From: Candidatus Kuenenia sp.
GTDB lineage: Bacteria > Planctomycetota > Planctomycetia > Planctomycetales > Planctomycetaceae
Direction: 5' to 3'
DNA length: 62,017 bases
Assembly (NCBI GenBank): GCA_043775985.1
Contig: JAYVRU010000320.1
Location: 1 to 62,017 of the forward strand
The notes beneath the pieces are model-generated. The model saw only the letters and a program-made list of their open reading frames with translations. It did not search any database and had not been told where the DNA came from. Shown here one piece after another: positions 29,001 through 38,362 of the stretch. Position 1 is the stretch's first letter. The number at the start of each line of letters is the position of its first letter. Both the position numbers and the translations under genes were made by a program.

Positions 29001-29327
29001 AGCAAAGACAGGCGAATAGATTCCGTCGGCAGTTGCATTCGGCGAAAATTGAGCGTAGGCCGGAATCGGATCGACCGGCGGAAACACAGCGTTCATCCGA
29101 TACTCAGATCGATGCGCTGAAGGCAGAACCCAATCCGCGAGAACTTCGTATCGCTGGTCAGCAAGCAGCGATTCCGACTGCCGCATTAAGGCACCGACGT
29201 TATCAGCAAGGACCGCATCGTCCTTCGCAAACAACGGAGCAACAACGGTCTTCGAATCGTCTGCCGCCGCTATGGAAGCGTTTGAGACAGGCCAAAGGCA
29301 GGCAAGGATGATAAGCGTTTGCAGCAT
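26091..29327 (-). CDS. Paralogue 3 of 7: DUF1583-like core plus two GDFD modules
   Basis: Signal peptide: MLQTLIILACLWPVSNASIAA. Family motifs: QRYEVLADWVLPSAHRSEYRM, GHSNDFLYLPIPLTGNFDVECEV, LLHHRPMVENGVIEYEFYYVPNEFMVHPALDRM, QFGLFHFADQTGARVRNMIWTGDWPKTL. Two modules contain GGDFDLRASF and QGDFDVTLTF. The tail reads IVLHCLLHTGA. Confidence 0.9.
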   Translation of the reverse strand: MLQTLIILACLWPVSNASIAAADDSKTVVAPLFAKDDAVLADNVGALMRQSESLLADQRYEVLADWVLPSAHRSEYRMNAVFPPVDPIPAYAQFSPNATADGIYSPVFALIAAAEETGRLDELRQRVEAVGDAGEPHRERARLALLYMIAVAQKDAESAAKLLGLLTELVRVRGENHGVRWWPETLAMAYGMEHSIDALEMKDFAACIFDRQIDQARWSGRTAWDNYVFQCFARVSRRDDIGAKEQYLKQRTFQGWIPAEVMTAESRGCGWPSAAWRASGNTTQRLGGHSNDFLYLPIPLTGNFDVECEVTAFNYREIALAYAGVYAAHHWLLSKAEVGGLLNQEMVTLDPPMTYPNEWLSAHIVVRDGVCTHYVNGRKYLQRTLHGDSFPWVALRSRRQRHGSFRNLTVTGDPQIPRTVNMINDSELTGWWSYFDSPEAAPVHNAILDRNSWMTVAGTADELELVSRKKPGLAGTQAENLLLHHRPMVENGVIEYEFYYVPNEFMVHPALDRMVMLLTPESVQTYFVTDGAFQFEPESPVNMIRGNEIGGSTPIRLKANDWNQCRVSIQNDGVSLSVNGTEIFQFQLDESNHRQFGLFHFADQTGARVRNMIWTGDWPKTLDEVMQPLLVQNSTFELEKSAAELPKSFLHDFRNSELPGHAFSKSNSSIMASKEGVVIDLQSNVNWTQSDLQTQLQVGGDFDLRASFRDLSLSESGASGIQLMATLEGTRQEIRIARTRQPNNRQEIKHEVVHLDPEGNRQGAAQWKAWEGTEGTLRLVRLGTTLHYLVAENDSSVFRLFGTDDVGDQDLRVGDLCLSAFAADRAHCRTVWTTLSVRAERLSGMAMLNQQAEVDRLNEQREQFPVFVVHDFMKIAPDPQNFSLPGNAREWKAADKGWTMESEGVDGWVAAFFGSRYPIQGDFDVTLTFDAASLALPSAGRTTTLMWQVQLLDGDRTRFASMFVRTPTEYKVSSQQHRTLPTGKDEYSWNGGFEIDQVSSLRIARHGGTYTMLARPKNAERDRVIYQKDHSAGPIVLHCLLHTGATKQHSSVLLKSIQIHADSYTPVRENNLNSVEEK

Positions 29328-29410
29328 TGTGAACCAATCAGATTTGAGCTTGTTTATCCCGTAGCAAAAGATCAGACACCACCGAGCTCGGACCTGCGTT
29401 TGACGGATGA

Positions 29411-31450
29411 CTACTCGAGCGCAACCAGTTTCTGCAGTTGTTCGGGAGACAGCTTCTCCGGCCAGTCTCCCTTGAGTACCACGTTGCGAATTTGCACGGC
29501 CACCGTATTGCGGTCGTGATAGAAACCGATATGACGATTGAAAATGTCCGACACAGGACGCTCGTAGATCTCTTCACCGTTGAGCGACAGACTGACTTTG
29601 TTATCCGTCAGCTTCATGACGACAGCATTCCAGTCAGCAGCCTTCAATGGCAGCGACTTTGAACCTCGGCGATTGAGTGGTTCCACGATCGAATTGTCAG
29701 CGGCAAGACCTGTCCATTCGCTGGCGTTGTCGGTCAGCCAGTGCATGCGAACTCCACTCGCTTCGATCAGAAATGTGAGTCTGCCCAACACAGGATGGAC
29801 GGTCGTCTTGCCTTCGTCATAAAAGAACTCGTAACTCAGCGATTCGCCGTCAAGCAACGGCCGCATATAAGCGAGGTGACTTTGAGCCACTTTGTCCGTT
29901 TCCGGAGCAGCCGCCATGCGACCATGAATGATCCCTTCAGCCACATGCCAATCGGTCGGGTCCGTGGCTGGCGTTGCAGCGAGATCCGGCTGAAATGGTA
30001 CGATGGCTTTCGGAACCGTCTCACTATACGTCGCTGTCCAACCTCGTAAATCGCTGCTGTCCGCAATGCGAACTTCTCGAGGAATCACGGGCTCGCCAAC
30101 CAATTCGAGATTTCGGAAGTACACTCGCCCGTCCCCGAACGCATGCAGACCGAGCCATGGGCAACTGCTGCTGGACGCTGCAGGTTCGTTAAATCCAGGA
30201 TGAAGATTTGACAGGAACGTCACCTTTTCACCATCGCGGCGAATGTTGACTCGATTAAACATTCGTAGTTCTTTGGGAGCGACAAACGGCCAGATACGTT
30301 TTTCAGCACGCGATCGCTGCACTTCCCGCAGTGTGAATGCTTCTGCGTTCGCGTCGAACCCCAGACCACCGTAGGTCATTCCGGCTCCACCATGATCCAG
30401 CGCCGTCACTTCGCCCTTGAGTTCAAATGATCCAGTCAGCGGATATTTGAACAAGAGCAGATCGTCACCAGGCCCTGCGAGTCGCTTGATGTGCTCTTCA
30501 TGAGTCAGCCAGATCACTCGATCGGAACCAGTTGATAATCCGTCATGCTTCTGTTCATTCGCTGCAATCCACAGTTCTGGCGTTTCATAAAGAACAGTGG
30601 CCGGATTTATTTCCGGGCTGCGATTCTTCAGGATGACGGTCGCTCTCAGGCGCCTCAGAAACGCGATATGCGGCGAAGTGCCCTTAGTGAAATCGAACTG
30701 ATTCAGGCGTTCTGCGATCTGCTCACATACAGGCCCCAATCCGGTTCGCGTCATTGCGGCTGACATGAGCACAGCATCATTCAAAGCTGTTGCTCGAGCG
30801 TCTTCGCCTTCCGGTGCGACTCGGGCTGTGAGTTTCGCTATCAAGTCTGCATCGGTCGTGCGAGTGTCGCGGATCTTTGCCAGAGTCAGTACGAAGTCCG
30901 CGTTGGTCACCTTTTTTTCAGCCAGTCTTTCGAGTTCGCTGATCAGTTGCCGCAGACTGCCCGCATCGTCAGCCGCAACGATCATCGTCCATGCTGAACA
31001 AAACAGCCCCGGCATATCGCCGACCATCGAGACGGCAAAGGATTCCTTCTTCGGTCGCTGCCCAAGTGCTCGCGCGAATTCCATGGGAGGAGCGATCTCC
31101 GGCACAAGCGACGTCAGCACTCGTAACGGATTTGTCGCGTCCTTTTGAATTGACCATTTCCGTAGCAGATCGTACTGCTCGTCGGTGCCGAGTTGCGCCA
31201 GTGCTCGGTGCATTCCCCCCGAAGCCGCTGACAACTTTTTAAGGAATGGATCCTCTACAAGAACAGTCTGCGGATCGAACGATTCAAGAGCCTTGAGGGC
31301 TTTGGGAATGTCGTCATCATGCAGAGCATCGAGAACGGCTTTGTTCAATGCAGTTGTTGCCGATGCCGCAGCGGCATCTGGCTGCGATTGGGCGACTGTC
31401 GAGATCTGCAGTGCGACTGCAAGAAAAAGAATAAGAGAAACGGTTCGCAT
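29411..31450 (-). CDS. Paralogue 4 of 7: shortest and most divergent member (core only)
   Basis: Signal peptide: MRTVSLILFLAVALQISTVAQS. Family motifs: GPGDDLLLFKYPLTGSFELKGEV, LAYMRPLLDGESLSYEFFYDEGKTTVHPVLGRL, LPLKAADWNAVVMKL...LSLNGEEIY, HIGFYHDRNTVAVQIRNVVLKGDWPEKL. The protein ends right after the core. Confidence 0.85.
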   Translation of the reverse strand: MRTVSLILFLAVALQISTVAQSQPDAAAASATTALNKAVLDALHDDDIPKALKALESFDPQTVLVEDPFLKKLSAASGGMHRALAQLGTDEQYDLLRKWSIQKDATNPLRVLTSLVPEIAPPMEFARALGQRPKKESFAVSMVGDMPGLFCSAWTMIVAADDAGSLRQLISELERLAEKKVTNADFVLTLAKIRDTRTTDADLIAKLTARVAPEGEDARATALNDAVLMSAAMTRTGLGPVCEQIAERLNQFDFTKGTSPHIAFLRRLRATVILKNRSPEINPATVLYETPELWIAANEQKHDGLSTGSDRVIWLTHEEHIKRLAGPGDDLLLFKYPLTGSFELKGEVTALDHGGAGMTYGGLGFDANAEAFTLREVQRSRAEKRIWPFVAPKELRMFNRVNIRRDGEKVTFLSNLHPGFNEPAASSSSCPWLGLHAFGDGRVYFRNLELVGEPVIPREVRIADSSDLRGWTATYSETVPKAIVPFQPDLAATPATDPTDWHVAEGIIHGRMAAAPETDKVAQSHLAYMRPLLDGESLSYEFFYDEGKTTVHPVLGRLTFLIEASGVRMHWLTDNASEWTGLAADNSIVEPLNRRGSKSLPLKAADWNAVVMKLTDNKVSLSLNGEEIYERPVSDIFNRHIGFYHDRNTVAVQIRNVVLKGDWPEKLSPEQLQKLVALE

Positions 31451-31484
31451 ATTGTCAGTGTCTTTCGAAATGATTTCTTCTATT

Positions 31485-31679
31485 GAGCCACAAGGCGCTA
31501 GCCGCGGATGTTGTATTTAGTCCTACCCGAGTTACTTCCGTTTAACCCGACTCGAAGAGGAGGCAGGGCACTTCATAACCTCCTCTGCGAGTCGGGTTAA
31601 ACAACTCGATGAACACGTGCCTGGCCGCTCGTGTCGTCACATGATTATATCAACACCCGCGGCTAGCGCCTGGCGGCTC
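31485..31679. repeat. Composite element A: REP unit (fwd), 24-bp-stem hairpin, REP unit (rev)
   Basis: Forward unit gagccacaaggcgctagccgcggatg at 31485-31510. Hairpin arms gtttaacccgactcgaagaggagg (31540-31563) and cctcctctgcgagtcgggttaaac (31579-31602), with 1 mismatch. Reverse unit cacccgcggctagcgcctggcggctc at 31654-31679, abutting the stop of paralogue 5. Confidence 0.9.
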
Positions 31680-34600
31680 ATGGTGGCGGTTCGGCTGTGA
31701 ATACAATTTGATGTCCGTCGGGTGACCAGTCGCAATCGATGATTCTCCAGTTGCGTGGCTGGCCGGGAACGGGAATGAGTTTCTCTGGATCATCGCGTTT
31801 GACAATAAACATCTGAGGTGTCCCGGTGGGTGGATCGAGCCCGGAGAACAGTACCTGATTTCCATCCGGATGCCACGACACATCGGAATGCAGTCGAACA
31901 CCCGTACAAAGAACATTCAGCTCATCGGGCTTGTCGAGATCGATCGCCACGATGGCGACAGCATCGCCCTTATCTTTCGTCAACCTGGTTTTGAAAGCCA
32001 GCGACTTGCTGTCACGAGACCAGCCGATTCCCTTCTCAATCGCGCGAAATGGCGACGGCTGGTCGTCTGACGGGATCAATCGCTGCTCATCAGTTTTCAC
32101 GTCCAGCACAACGATCCGCTTGTTTGAGATCCACGCGATGAAGCGACCATCCGGGGACCATGCACCACTGTGGCCGGCTGGATCCAGATCTTTCGCGACA
32201 ACATTGCCGCCAGTCGCGGGAATGATTGATACGCCCCGCCCATCGTTCGTAATAGCGATTTTTGAGCCGTCCGGTGAGAGGCTCGGCAAAGTGCCGATCG
32301 CGAACGAACGCTGTTGAGAGTTGCTTAACGTGATTTGACTGAGAAGAGAATACTGGCCGTTGTTCATTTCATAGATGATGGACTTGCCATCGTGAGACCA
32401 CTCGGGCCACTTCAATTGCAAGTACACTTCACTGGCGTCCGCAAGCTTTTTGACCTTGTCTGGTGCAGGCGTTTGAACTTTCTGGTCATCAGGAGGAGCA
32501 GAGTTGTCTACATCAAGAAGGTAGAGATTTCTAAGTCCCAAACGCCTCGCGTCTTCAAGGGACTCTGCCCGGACTGAAATCTTCTTCCAGATCGCGCTGA
32601 CCTCGGAAGCTTCAGCACCCTGAGCATAGCAACTTATCCTCAGCAGAAAGTTCCCGGACAGAATGGGGATATCGGGTCCTGCCATTGAATGCAGCAGACG
32701 GAAATTATCGGAGTCCAGCGGGGCGATCAAATAGTGCCACATCGATCCACGCCGAGCCACACGCAGCCGCCCCGAACGACATTCATCTCCAAAAATAGCC
32801 GGATATTCGTAGCGAAATCCTTTGGCCCCTGAACTCAGTATCTCGACCTGGGTGAGTTCTCGAAGAGGAGTATTGGGATGCTGAACCATGCCGCGAAACA
32901 ACAAATGGGCTTCGAACTCCTTCTGGATCACTCGAGGCCCCAGATAGATTGCACAAACACCGTTGTCTGACGCCATGAGTTTGAGGTCAGAGAACTCGGC
33001 GATTACATCAAAGTCGCCGGAAATCACCATTCTTGGACCAACGGATGAAGTAGAGGACTCTTTCGGCCCAGCCGCCCCACGCATATGCAAACCATCGGGG
33101 CTTTGAAAAACATCCCAGTTGCTTTTATCCGACCCTCGCGACGACGTAACCAATTTGCCATCGACGATGCGTTGAATCTGAACCGATTGGCGTTTGTTGT
33201 CAGTGATCACAAATTCCGACTCAACTTCTTCATCAGTCTTGTCAGTGAAATCGAAATCGAAAAACTCCGCCAGTGCGTTGCGATCGCGGTCCAGAACGTC
33301 AGTTTCAGTTCCTTGCAGTTCCTGTTCCGCGACGGCTGGAACGAGCTTTGGCCAGTCGCCTTTCAGGACCACATTTCGCACCCGAGCTTCTGTCTGATCG
33401 CAGTAATAGAACAGTCCGAATGTCCGATCATTTGTTGCGGCGATCTCGGATTCATAGATCACGACTTCTTTCAGCCGCAGTCGGATAACATCGCCCGTCA
33501 TCTGAACAGCCATCCGATTCCATTCGCCGGACTTCAGCGGCAGGGAATCCACGGCAACGCGGTTGCCAGGTGCTGTTCGATTCAGCGGATCGATACTGGC
33601 TGTTTCCCAAACTCCGTTAGTCGTATCGTGGCACTTGACCCCGTCGCGTTCGAGCAGAAACGCTCTGCGACCAAGAGCAGGATGCACGATCGAATTTCCA
33701 TCCTCGCAGAAGAACTCGTAGGTGACTTCGCTGTCCCAGACAAGCGGCCAAAAGTACCGCAGCAATCGCTCAGCCCCCGTACCAGAAAGCTCCGGACTAT
33801 GTTGGCCGACGATTTGCGTTACACCCAAAGCGTCCGATTCCAGCTTCCATGAATTGTCGTCCGGGGTCCACGGATCTTCGTGCCAGGGATTCCAGCCCAG
33901 AAGATGCGAGACTGGTCTTTGCTGAGTGGCCGTTGAGTCTATGCCATCGCTCTCAAGTTTTGCGGACGCCTCCCAGGCTGCGGAACGAAGTTCTGAAATC
34001 CTCACTTCATCAGGCACTACGGGCTCGCCAGTGATACGAACATTCTTAATACTGCCAACACCACTGCTCAGATTTCGAATCGCGAGCCACGGATCATGCT
34101 CCTTTGGCAGAGTGTCGCGAGAAATCAGTCGACTGTTAATGTACCGCGAACAAACGCCGTCTCGCACATCGACTCGAAAACGAAGCCAGTTGTCAACTCG
34201 CGAAAGTTTGGGCTGCAGTTTGATCTCAGGATCAACACGATACATTTCACCAGTCTGCACAGACTCATGATGCCAAACCGGCGTGATCCATCGGCCATTG
34301 ATCAGCGGATGAATCTCCTTCCAGCCAAAGCCGGTACACAGACATTCCAGTGTGTAGTTGCCGCGCAGGGGGCTCGTGAACAACAGAAATTCGTCATCCT
34401 GTTTCGCAAAGACATCGACTTTGCCATGACTGGATTGAATATGTCCGGGAGGCATCCCAAGCCCGTTGGACCAGGAATGCGAACGAGTCACCCAATGCCA
34501 GGACTTCAAGCCCGGTGCTGCCGTCCAGGGCTGAATTCGTTGCTCGGGCGGCAACTTATGATGTCGTATGCGACCAATCAGATGGATTATCAGAACGTCC

Positions 34601-35349
34601 CATTCGGTGGGACCATGCGACTTGCCTGCGTGAATTTGTGAGTCTTCAATGCTGGCCAGAAACAACAAGGCTTCGTCGAGCAACAACACACCTCGCTCCG
34701 CCGCCGTCCAGAGCAGCAGAGTTTCAGGCATACGATCCTGTAGTCCATCAAATCGTTGGTTCACAAAACGCTGGTAGAGTTCATCAGTACTGCGAGCCGC
34801 CTCATTCAAATCCCCCTTTGCGATCGCAATCATCGCCAGCAAAGAAAACTGACATCGCTGCTGAACCTCCCCCTGCACGGTGGCGGACTGCACGGCAAAT
34901 CGCAGTTCATCCAGCTTGCCCAATTCTTTTGCTGCGTCAATCAAATCAAAAACGGGCGACACGAAAATGCCGCCAGTGCGAATTCGATTTTGAGTTCGCT
35001 GAACCCCCGCCTGTATTCTGGCCACATCAACAGGATGATTCGAGACTACCGATTCCGGTGGGTCGGTCGACGTTAATTTTCCGAGCAGTCGAAACTCCCG
35101 GTGCTGTTTCCCCGGCAACACGTGAGATTTGAGAAGCTCATACCGAGCGTCCACAGGGAGACTCTTCGCCGCCTCGCGCAGCCCAAAGACGTTATCTGAC
35201 ACCACATCGTTTTCGAACAAATCACCAACATCAATCGCTGCCGGCTTGTCATCCGCCAAGGCGCAGCATGAAGCAATGCTCAACGCCATCATCACAGCTG
35301 GCAGCAAGAGGCGGATCTTCAACAGAACAATTTGGACGGCTCGGTTCAT
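31678..35349 (-). CDS. Paralogue 5 of 7: DUF1583-like core, one GDFD module and a TolB/PD40-like beta-propeller
   Basis: Family motifs: ARYELLKSHVLPGKQHREFRL, GGIFVSPVFDLIDAAKELGKLDEL, KQDDEFLLFTSPLRGNYTLEC, DPWLAIRNLSSGVGSIKNVRITGEPVVP, VTYEFFCEDGNSIVHPALGRR, TFGLFYYCDQTEARVRNVVLKGDWPKL. Propeller repeats: EWSHDGKSIIY, SLSPDGSKIAI, AWSPDGRFIAW, SWHPDGNQVLF, DWSPDGHQIVF. Confidence 0.9.
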   Translation of the reverse strand: MNRAVQIVLLKIRLLLPAVMMALSIASCCALADDKPAAIDVGDLFENDVVSDNVFGLREAAKSLPVDARYELLKSHVLPGKQHREFRLLGKLTSTDPPESVVSNHPVDVARIQAGVQRTQNRIRTGGIFVSPVFDLIDAAKELGKLDELRFAVQSATVQGEVQQRCQFSLLAMIAIAKGDLNEAARSTDELYQRFVNQRFDGLQDRMPETLLLWTAAERGVLLLDEALLFLASIEDSQIHAGKSHGPTEWDVLIIHLIGRIRHHKLPPEQRIQPWTAAPGLKSWHWVTRSHSWSNGLGMPPGHIQSSHGKVDVFAKQDDEFLLFTSPLRGNYTLECLCTGFGWKEIHPLINGRWITPVWHHESVQTGEMYRVDPEIKLQPKLSRVDNWLRFRVDVRDGVCSRYINSRLISRDTLPKEHDPWLAIRNLSSGVGSIKNVRITGEPVVPDEVRISELRSAAWEASAKLESDGIDSTATQQRPVSHLLGWNPWHEDPWTPDDNSWKLESDALGVTQIVGQHSPELSGTGAERLLRYFWPLVWDSEVTYEFFCEDGNSIVHPALGRRAFLLERDGVKCHDTTNGVWETASIDPLNRTAPGNRVAVDSLPLKSGEWNRMAVQMTGDVIRLRLKEVVIYESEIAATNDRTFGLFYYCDQTEARVRNVVLKGDWPKLVPAVAEQELQGTETDVLDRDRNALAEFFDFDFTDKTDEEVESEFVITDNKRQSVQIQRIVDGKLVTSSRGSDKSNWDVFQSPDGLHMRGAAGPKESSTSSVGPRMVISGDFDVIAEFSDLKLMASDNGVCAIYLGPRVIQKEFEAHLLFRGMVQHPNTPLRELTQVEILSSGAKGFRYEYPAIFGDECRSGRLRVARRGSMWHYLIAPLDSDNFRLLHSMAGPDIPILSGNFLLRISCYAQGAEASEVSAIWKKISVRAESLEDARRLGLRNLYLLDVDNSAPPDDQKVQTPAPDKVKKLADASEVYLQLKWPEWSHDGKSIIYEMNNGQYSLLSQITLSNSQQRSFAIGTLPSLSPDGSKIAITNDGRGVSIIPATGGNVVAKDLDPAGHSGAWSPDGRFIAWISNKRIVVLDVKTDEQRLIPSDDQPSPFRAIEKGIGWSRDSKSLAFKTRLTKDKGDAVAIVAIDLDKPDELNVLCTGVRLHSDVSWHPDGNQVLFSGLDPPTGTPQMFIVKRDDPEKLIPVPGQPRNWRIIDCDWSPDGHQIVFTAEPPP

Positions 35350-35394
35350 TGTGTATGTTTGGCAACCATATCAACGTCAACCATCACCAATCTC

Positions 35395-35562
35395 GCGAGC
35401 CTCAAAACGCTTGCGGCCTGTTGATTTTGTCGCTCAATCAGCTGCTGGAGGCTAACCCACGTTTAAATTTGCTGTGTTTTTTTGGCAAAACCGGACGCTA
35501 GCGCGTTCCGGCTGATTTCGGTCGATAATTAATCAACACCCGCGGCTAACGCCTTGCGGCTC
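35395..35562. repeat. REP cluster: degenerate units, a type-2 unit and a type-1 reverse unit
   Basis: Type-2 unit ccggacgctagcgcgttccggctgat at 35491-35516. Type-1 reverse unit cacccgcggctaacgccttgcggctc at 35537-35562. The stretch aatttgctgtgttttt...aaaaccggacgctagcgcgttccggctgatt...aatcaaca is collinear with 56714-56780. Confidence 0.85.
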
Positions 35563-35636
35563 ACGGGAAGTTCACAAGACAGAGTCGCACCAGCATATCG
35601 ATTCACGTATGAATTTTCTCCTGCAGTAATAGGAAT

Positions 35637-38294
35637 CTACCTCTCTGGTTTGTTTTCTGCCTTTGTTTCAAGGTTCATTGCTGGACCTGTCATGCGTTGT
35701 GCTCGGATGCGGAGATTCTTCCAGATGATGCTGACTTTGCTGACACCATCAACACTGGAGTTCATTCCCGCGACCAGCCTGGCTCCGTCGAATCGAGACG
35801 GCTGCGTGGCCGAGTCTTCAACGTGGATAAGCCGGAATACAGTCGATTTTTCCGGGGCAAACATTGTGTAAGTCTTGTCCGCTCGTCGCGCGAGACGCAG
35901 TGTCCCCGATGTCACGGCTTCGGACCGCTTGTCAAGGAGTCCCTGATGAAACGGCTTGAGCTGCAGCAGGTCATGGTTGACCATTTTTTGCGGAAACTTG
36001 CCTGGATCAACATTCGTGGTCATCGAAGCTGCATGGTGACTGATCGGTTCGTCGGTGAGAGCCATTTGCAGCATTGCGTGGCAGAGTCCGTGTTTTGTGG
36101 GATTGATGTTTAGTTCCTCAAACGCAGCCGTAATGTCGAAATCACCTTCCACAACCAGCAACGGCGTCACGCAGACTCGACTATAGCCCTTGCCATTCAT
36201 TTCAGCATTGATGTGCAGACCATCGGCCTTCGCTTTCACATACTTGTCAGCCCCCTGATCCTGAATCTGAAACAGATTCAGCGGCAAGCCATTTTTCGCG
36301 AAGTTATGAGAGAACTCCGCCGTGAGCTGCGGTAACCCGGCGTCGAGTTCATCGGTTGTTTTGTCTCGAAGTTCCTGATCATGCAGCGCGGGCAATGTCT
36401 TCGGCCAATCACCCCGCCACCGCACGTTGCGAACTCGGATTTCTGTGTCGCCTTCATAGTGAAACAATCCAAAGATCCGCTCGTTTCCTTCGGCGTCCAT
36501 CGTACCACGATAAACCAATTGGCCATTCACCAACACCTCAAGCACGTCACGACGAATCTTTAGCAGCGTATGATTCCATTCGCCTGCCTTGAGCAGCAAT
36601 GGGCTCAAGGCAGAATCATCTGCATCCGGACGACGCTCATTGAGTGGGTCGGCACCGGTGCGATCGAAATGAGCGTCGGTGATGCGATGAATCATGACGC
36701 CTTCGGGATCAAGCAGCAGGACATCGCGGCCAATCGCAGGATGGACGTGTGACTTTTCTGGCTCAAAGAAGAATTCGTAGTCGATCTCACCATCTTCCAT
36801 TACAGGACGTTGATACTGCAGCAGACTTTCTTTGGCAGTCCCGGATCTCGATGCCGTATTGAGCCCCACAATCATGCCAATTCCCGACGCGTCGGTTTCA
36901 TGCCACCAATCATGTTCACTTCGATCACCGATGCCGCCGCCGTAGTATGAGGTCCAGCCGTGAAGCTGATTGTTGTCTGACAACCTGAGCGTGTCTGGAA
37001 TCTGCGGATTTCCCGTGATACAGAGATCCCGAACTCGACCAAACGTCGAAAATGGGACCCGGATCGCAAGCCACGGATCGTGACTGACCGGCAGCGTCTC
37101 CTCATGCACCAATCGACCATCGAGATAAAACGAACAGCGGTTGTCTCTGACCCTGGCCTGAAGCCGCATCCAATCGGTGATCTCGGACAATCGCGGACTG
37201 ATCTTTCCGATCGGCAGTTCACTGCCCACGTGACCCGCAAAATACGCGTCGTGCGAAAACGCGGGGACGACCCACGTACCAGCGACGAGCAATTGAGCTT
37301 CACGATAGTCAAAACCAGTCGACTCGCATTCAATCTCATAGTCGCCCGTTAACGGGCTGCGAAAATACAGGTAGTCATCGTTGTGGTGGGACAGCAGCCG
37401 GACCGATTTTCCGTCCCAGTCCCAATGTGCAACAGGGAAGCCGAGACCATGCGTCCCGAAGTCCTTCGCACTCACTGGAAACCATTCGTGCATGCGTGGC
37501 GCGTCGCCGAACTTTACCACCTGCAGTACCGTTTGCTTGTAGAGACTCAACTGCCCCAGCAATGACGGAATCAAACGATCCCACGAATCCGGGCCGTTGT
37601 TCTTTACTGATCGAATCTGTTGCTGCAGCATCCGAAGAAGAATCTCTTCGGTCGGTTCGCGAAGTCGCGCATGATGAATCGCTTCCGCCACAACAAGCGT
37701 CTCTGGCCACCGATCCTGTAGATCGACAAACACAAGTCTGCGATGCCGGTCGTAAAGATCATTCATCGCTTCACTCGCTGCGGCGAAGTCATCGTCGGCG
37801 ATATTTATCAGAGTCAAAAGGGCCAGCCGGGCTCGTTGCTGGGATTCAGTCTGACTTGAAATCGCGACGGTTCGCTCGCGGAGGTCAGCGACTCGCCCTG
37901 ACACTTTCGCCGCTGCAATCAAATCGAACACAGGTGATACAAGGCTGTCTGAGGCACGACGCTCAATATTTTGAGCAGTATTGGATGCGAAATGGGCGGT
38001 GAGCCGAATTGAGTCATGGCTCTGCGATGGCAACACCCAGTCTGTCAGAGTCCTGTATCGTTGATCAACCGGGAGCGAAATCGAGTTGTCGACAATATGG
38101 TCCGTGTTGTCGGCGAGGACAGTTTCCTCAAAGAGAACGCCGATCGTGCCTTGCATTGGCTGCTTGACCGTATTCCGTTGCGCTGGCTGTGCGGCGAATG
38201 GTTCGCCCTGTGACTGACCGTTCGCCACTTTTATAGCGATCAGCAAAATCAAAATGAATTGGCTGAAATATTTCATCGCCCATAAACGAAACAT
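35637..38294 (-). CDS. Paralogue 6 of 7: DUF1583-like core plus one GDFD module
   Basis: Family motifs: QRYRTLTDWVLPSQSHDSIRL, DSLVSPVFDLIAAAKVSGRV, HHNDDYLYFRSPLTGDYEIECES, DPWLAIRVP...ITGNPQIP, LLQYQRPVMEDGEIDYEFFFEPEKSHVHPAIGRD, IFGLFHYEGDTEIRVRNVRWRGDWPKTLP. One module contains EGDFDITAAF. Confidence 0.9.
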   Translation of the reverse strand: MFRLWAMKYFSQFILILLIAIKVANGQSQGEPFAAQPAQRNTVKQPMQGTIGVLFEETVLADNTDHIVDNSISLPVDQRYRTLTDWVLPSQSHDSIRLTAHFASNTAQNIERRASDSLVSPVFDLIAAAKVSGRVADLRERTVAISSQTESQQRARLALLTLINIADDDFAAASEAMNDLYDRHRRLVFVDLQDRWPETLVVAEAIHHARLREPTEEILLRMLQQQIRSVKNNGPDSWDRLIPSLLGQLSLYKQTVLQVVKFGDAPRMHEWFPVSAKDFGTHGLGFPVAHWDWDGKSVRLLSHHNDDYLYFRSPLTGDYEIECESTGFDYREAQLLVAGTWVVPAFSHDAYFAGHVGSELPIGKISPRLSEITDWMRLQARVRDNRCSFYLDGRLVHEETLPVSHDPWLAIRVPFSTFGRVRDLCITGNPQIPDTLRLSDNNQLHGWTSYYGGGIGDRSEHDWWHETDASGIGMIVGLNTASRSGTAKESLLQYQRPVMEDGEIDYEFFFEPEKSHVHPAIGRDVLLLDPEGVMIHRITDAHFDRTGADPLNERRPDADDSALSPLLLKAGEWNHTLLKIRRDVLEVLVNGQLVYRGTMDAEGNERIFGLFHYEGDTEIRVRNVRWRGDWPKTLPALHDQELRDKTTDELDAGLPQLTAEFSHNFAKNGLPLNLFQIQDQGADKYVKAKADGLHINAEMNGKGYSRVCVTPLLVVEGDFDITAAFEELNINPTKHGLCHAMLQMALTDEPISHHAASMTTNVDPGKFPQKMVNHDLLQLKPFHQGLLDKRSEAVTSGTLRLARRADKTYTMFAPEKSTVFRLIHVEDSATQPSRFDGARLVAGMNSSVDGVSKVSIIWKNLRIRAQRMTGPAMNLETKAENKPER

Positions 38295-38362
38295 GTTCGT
38301 CGTCCAGTCAAAGTCTGGCAGTATTCACTTTGCCCTGCGGCGAGTGTATCAAAATGCTGACG

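Noticed and set aside
31540-31602. Whether the 24-bp-stem hairpins (also 54714-54774) are Rho-independent terminators.
   Set aside because: No U/T tract follows on either strand. The first copy lies upstream (promoter side) of paralogue 4 as well as downstream of paralogue 5.
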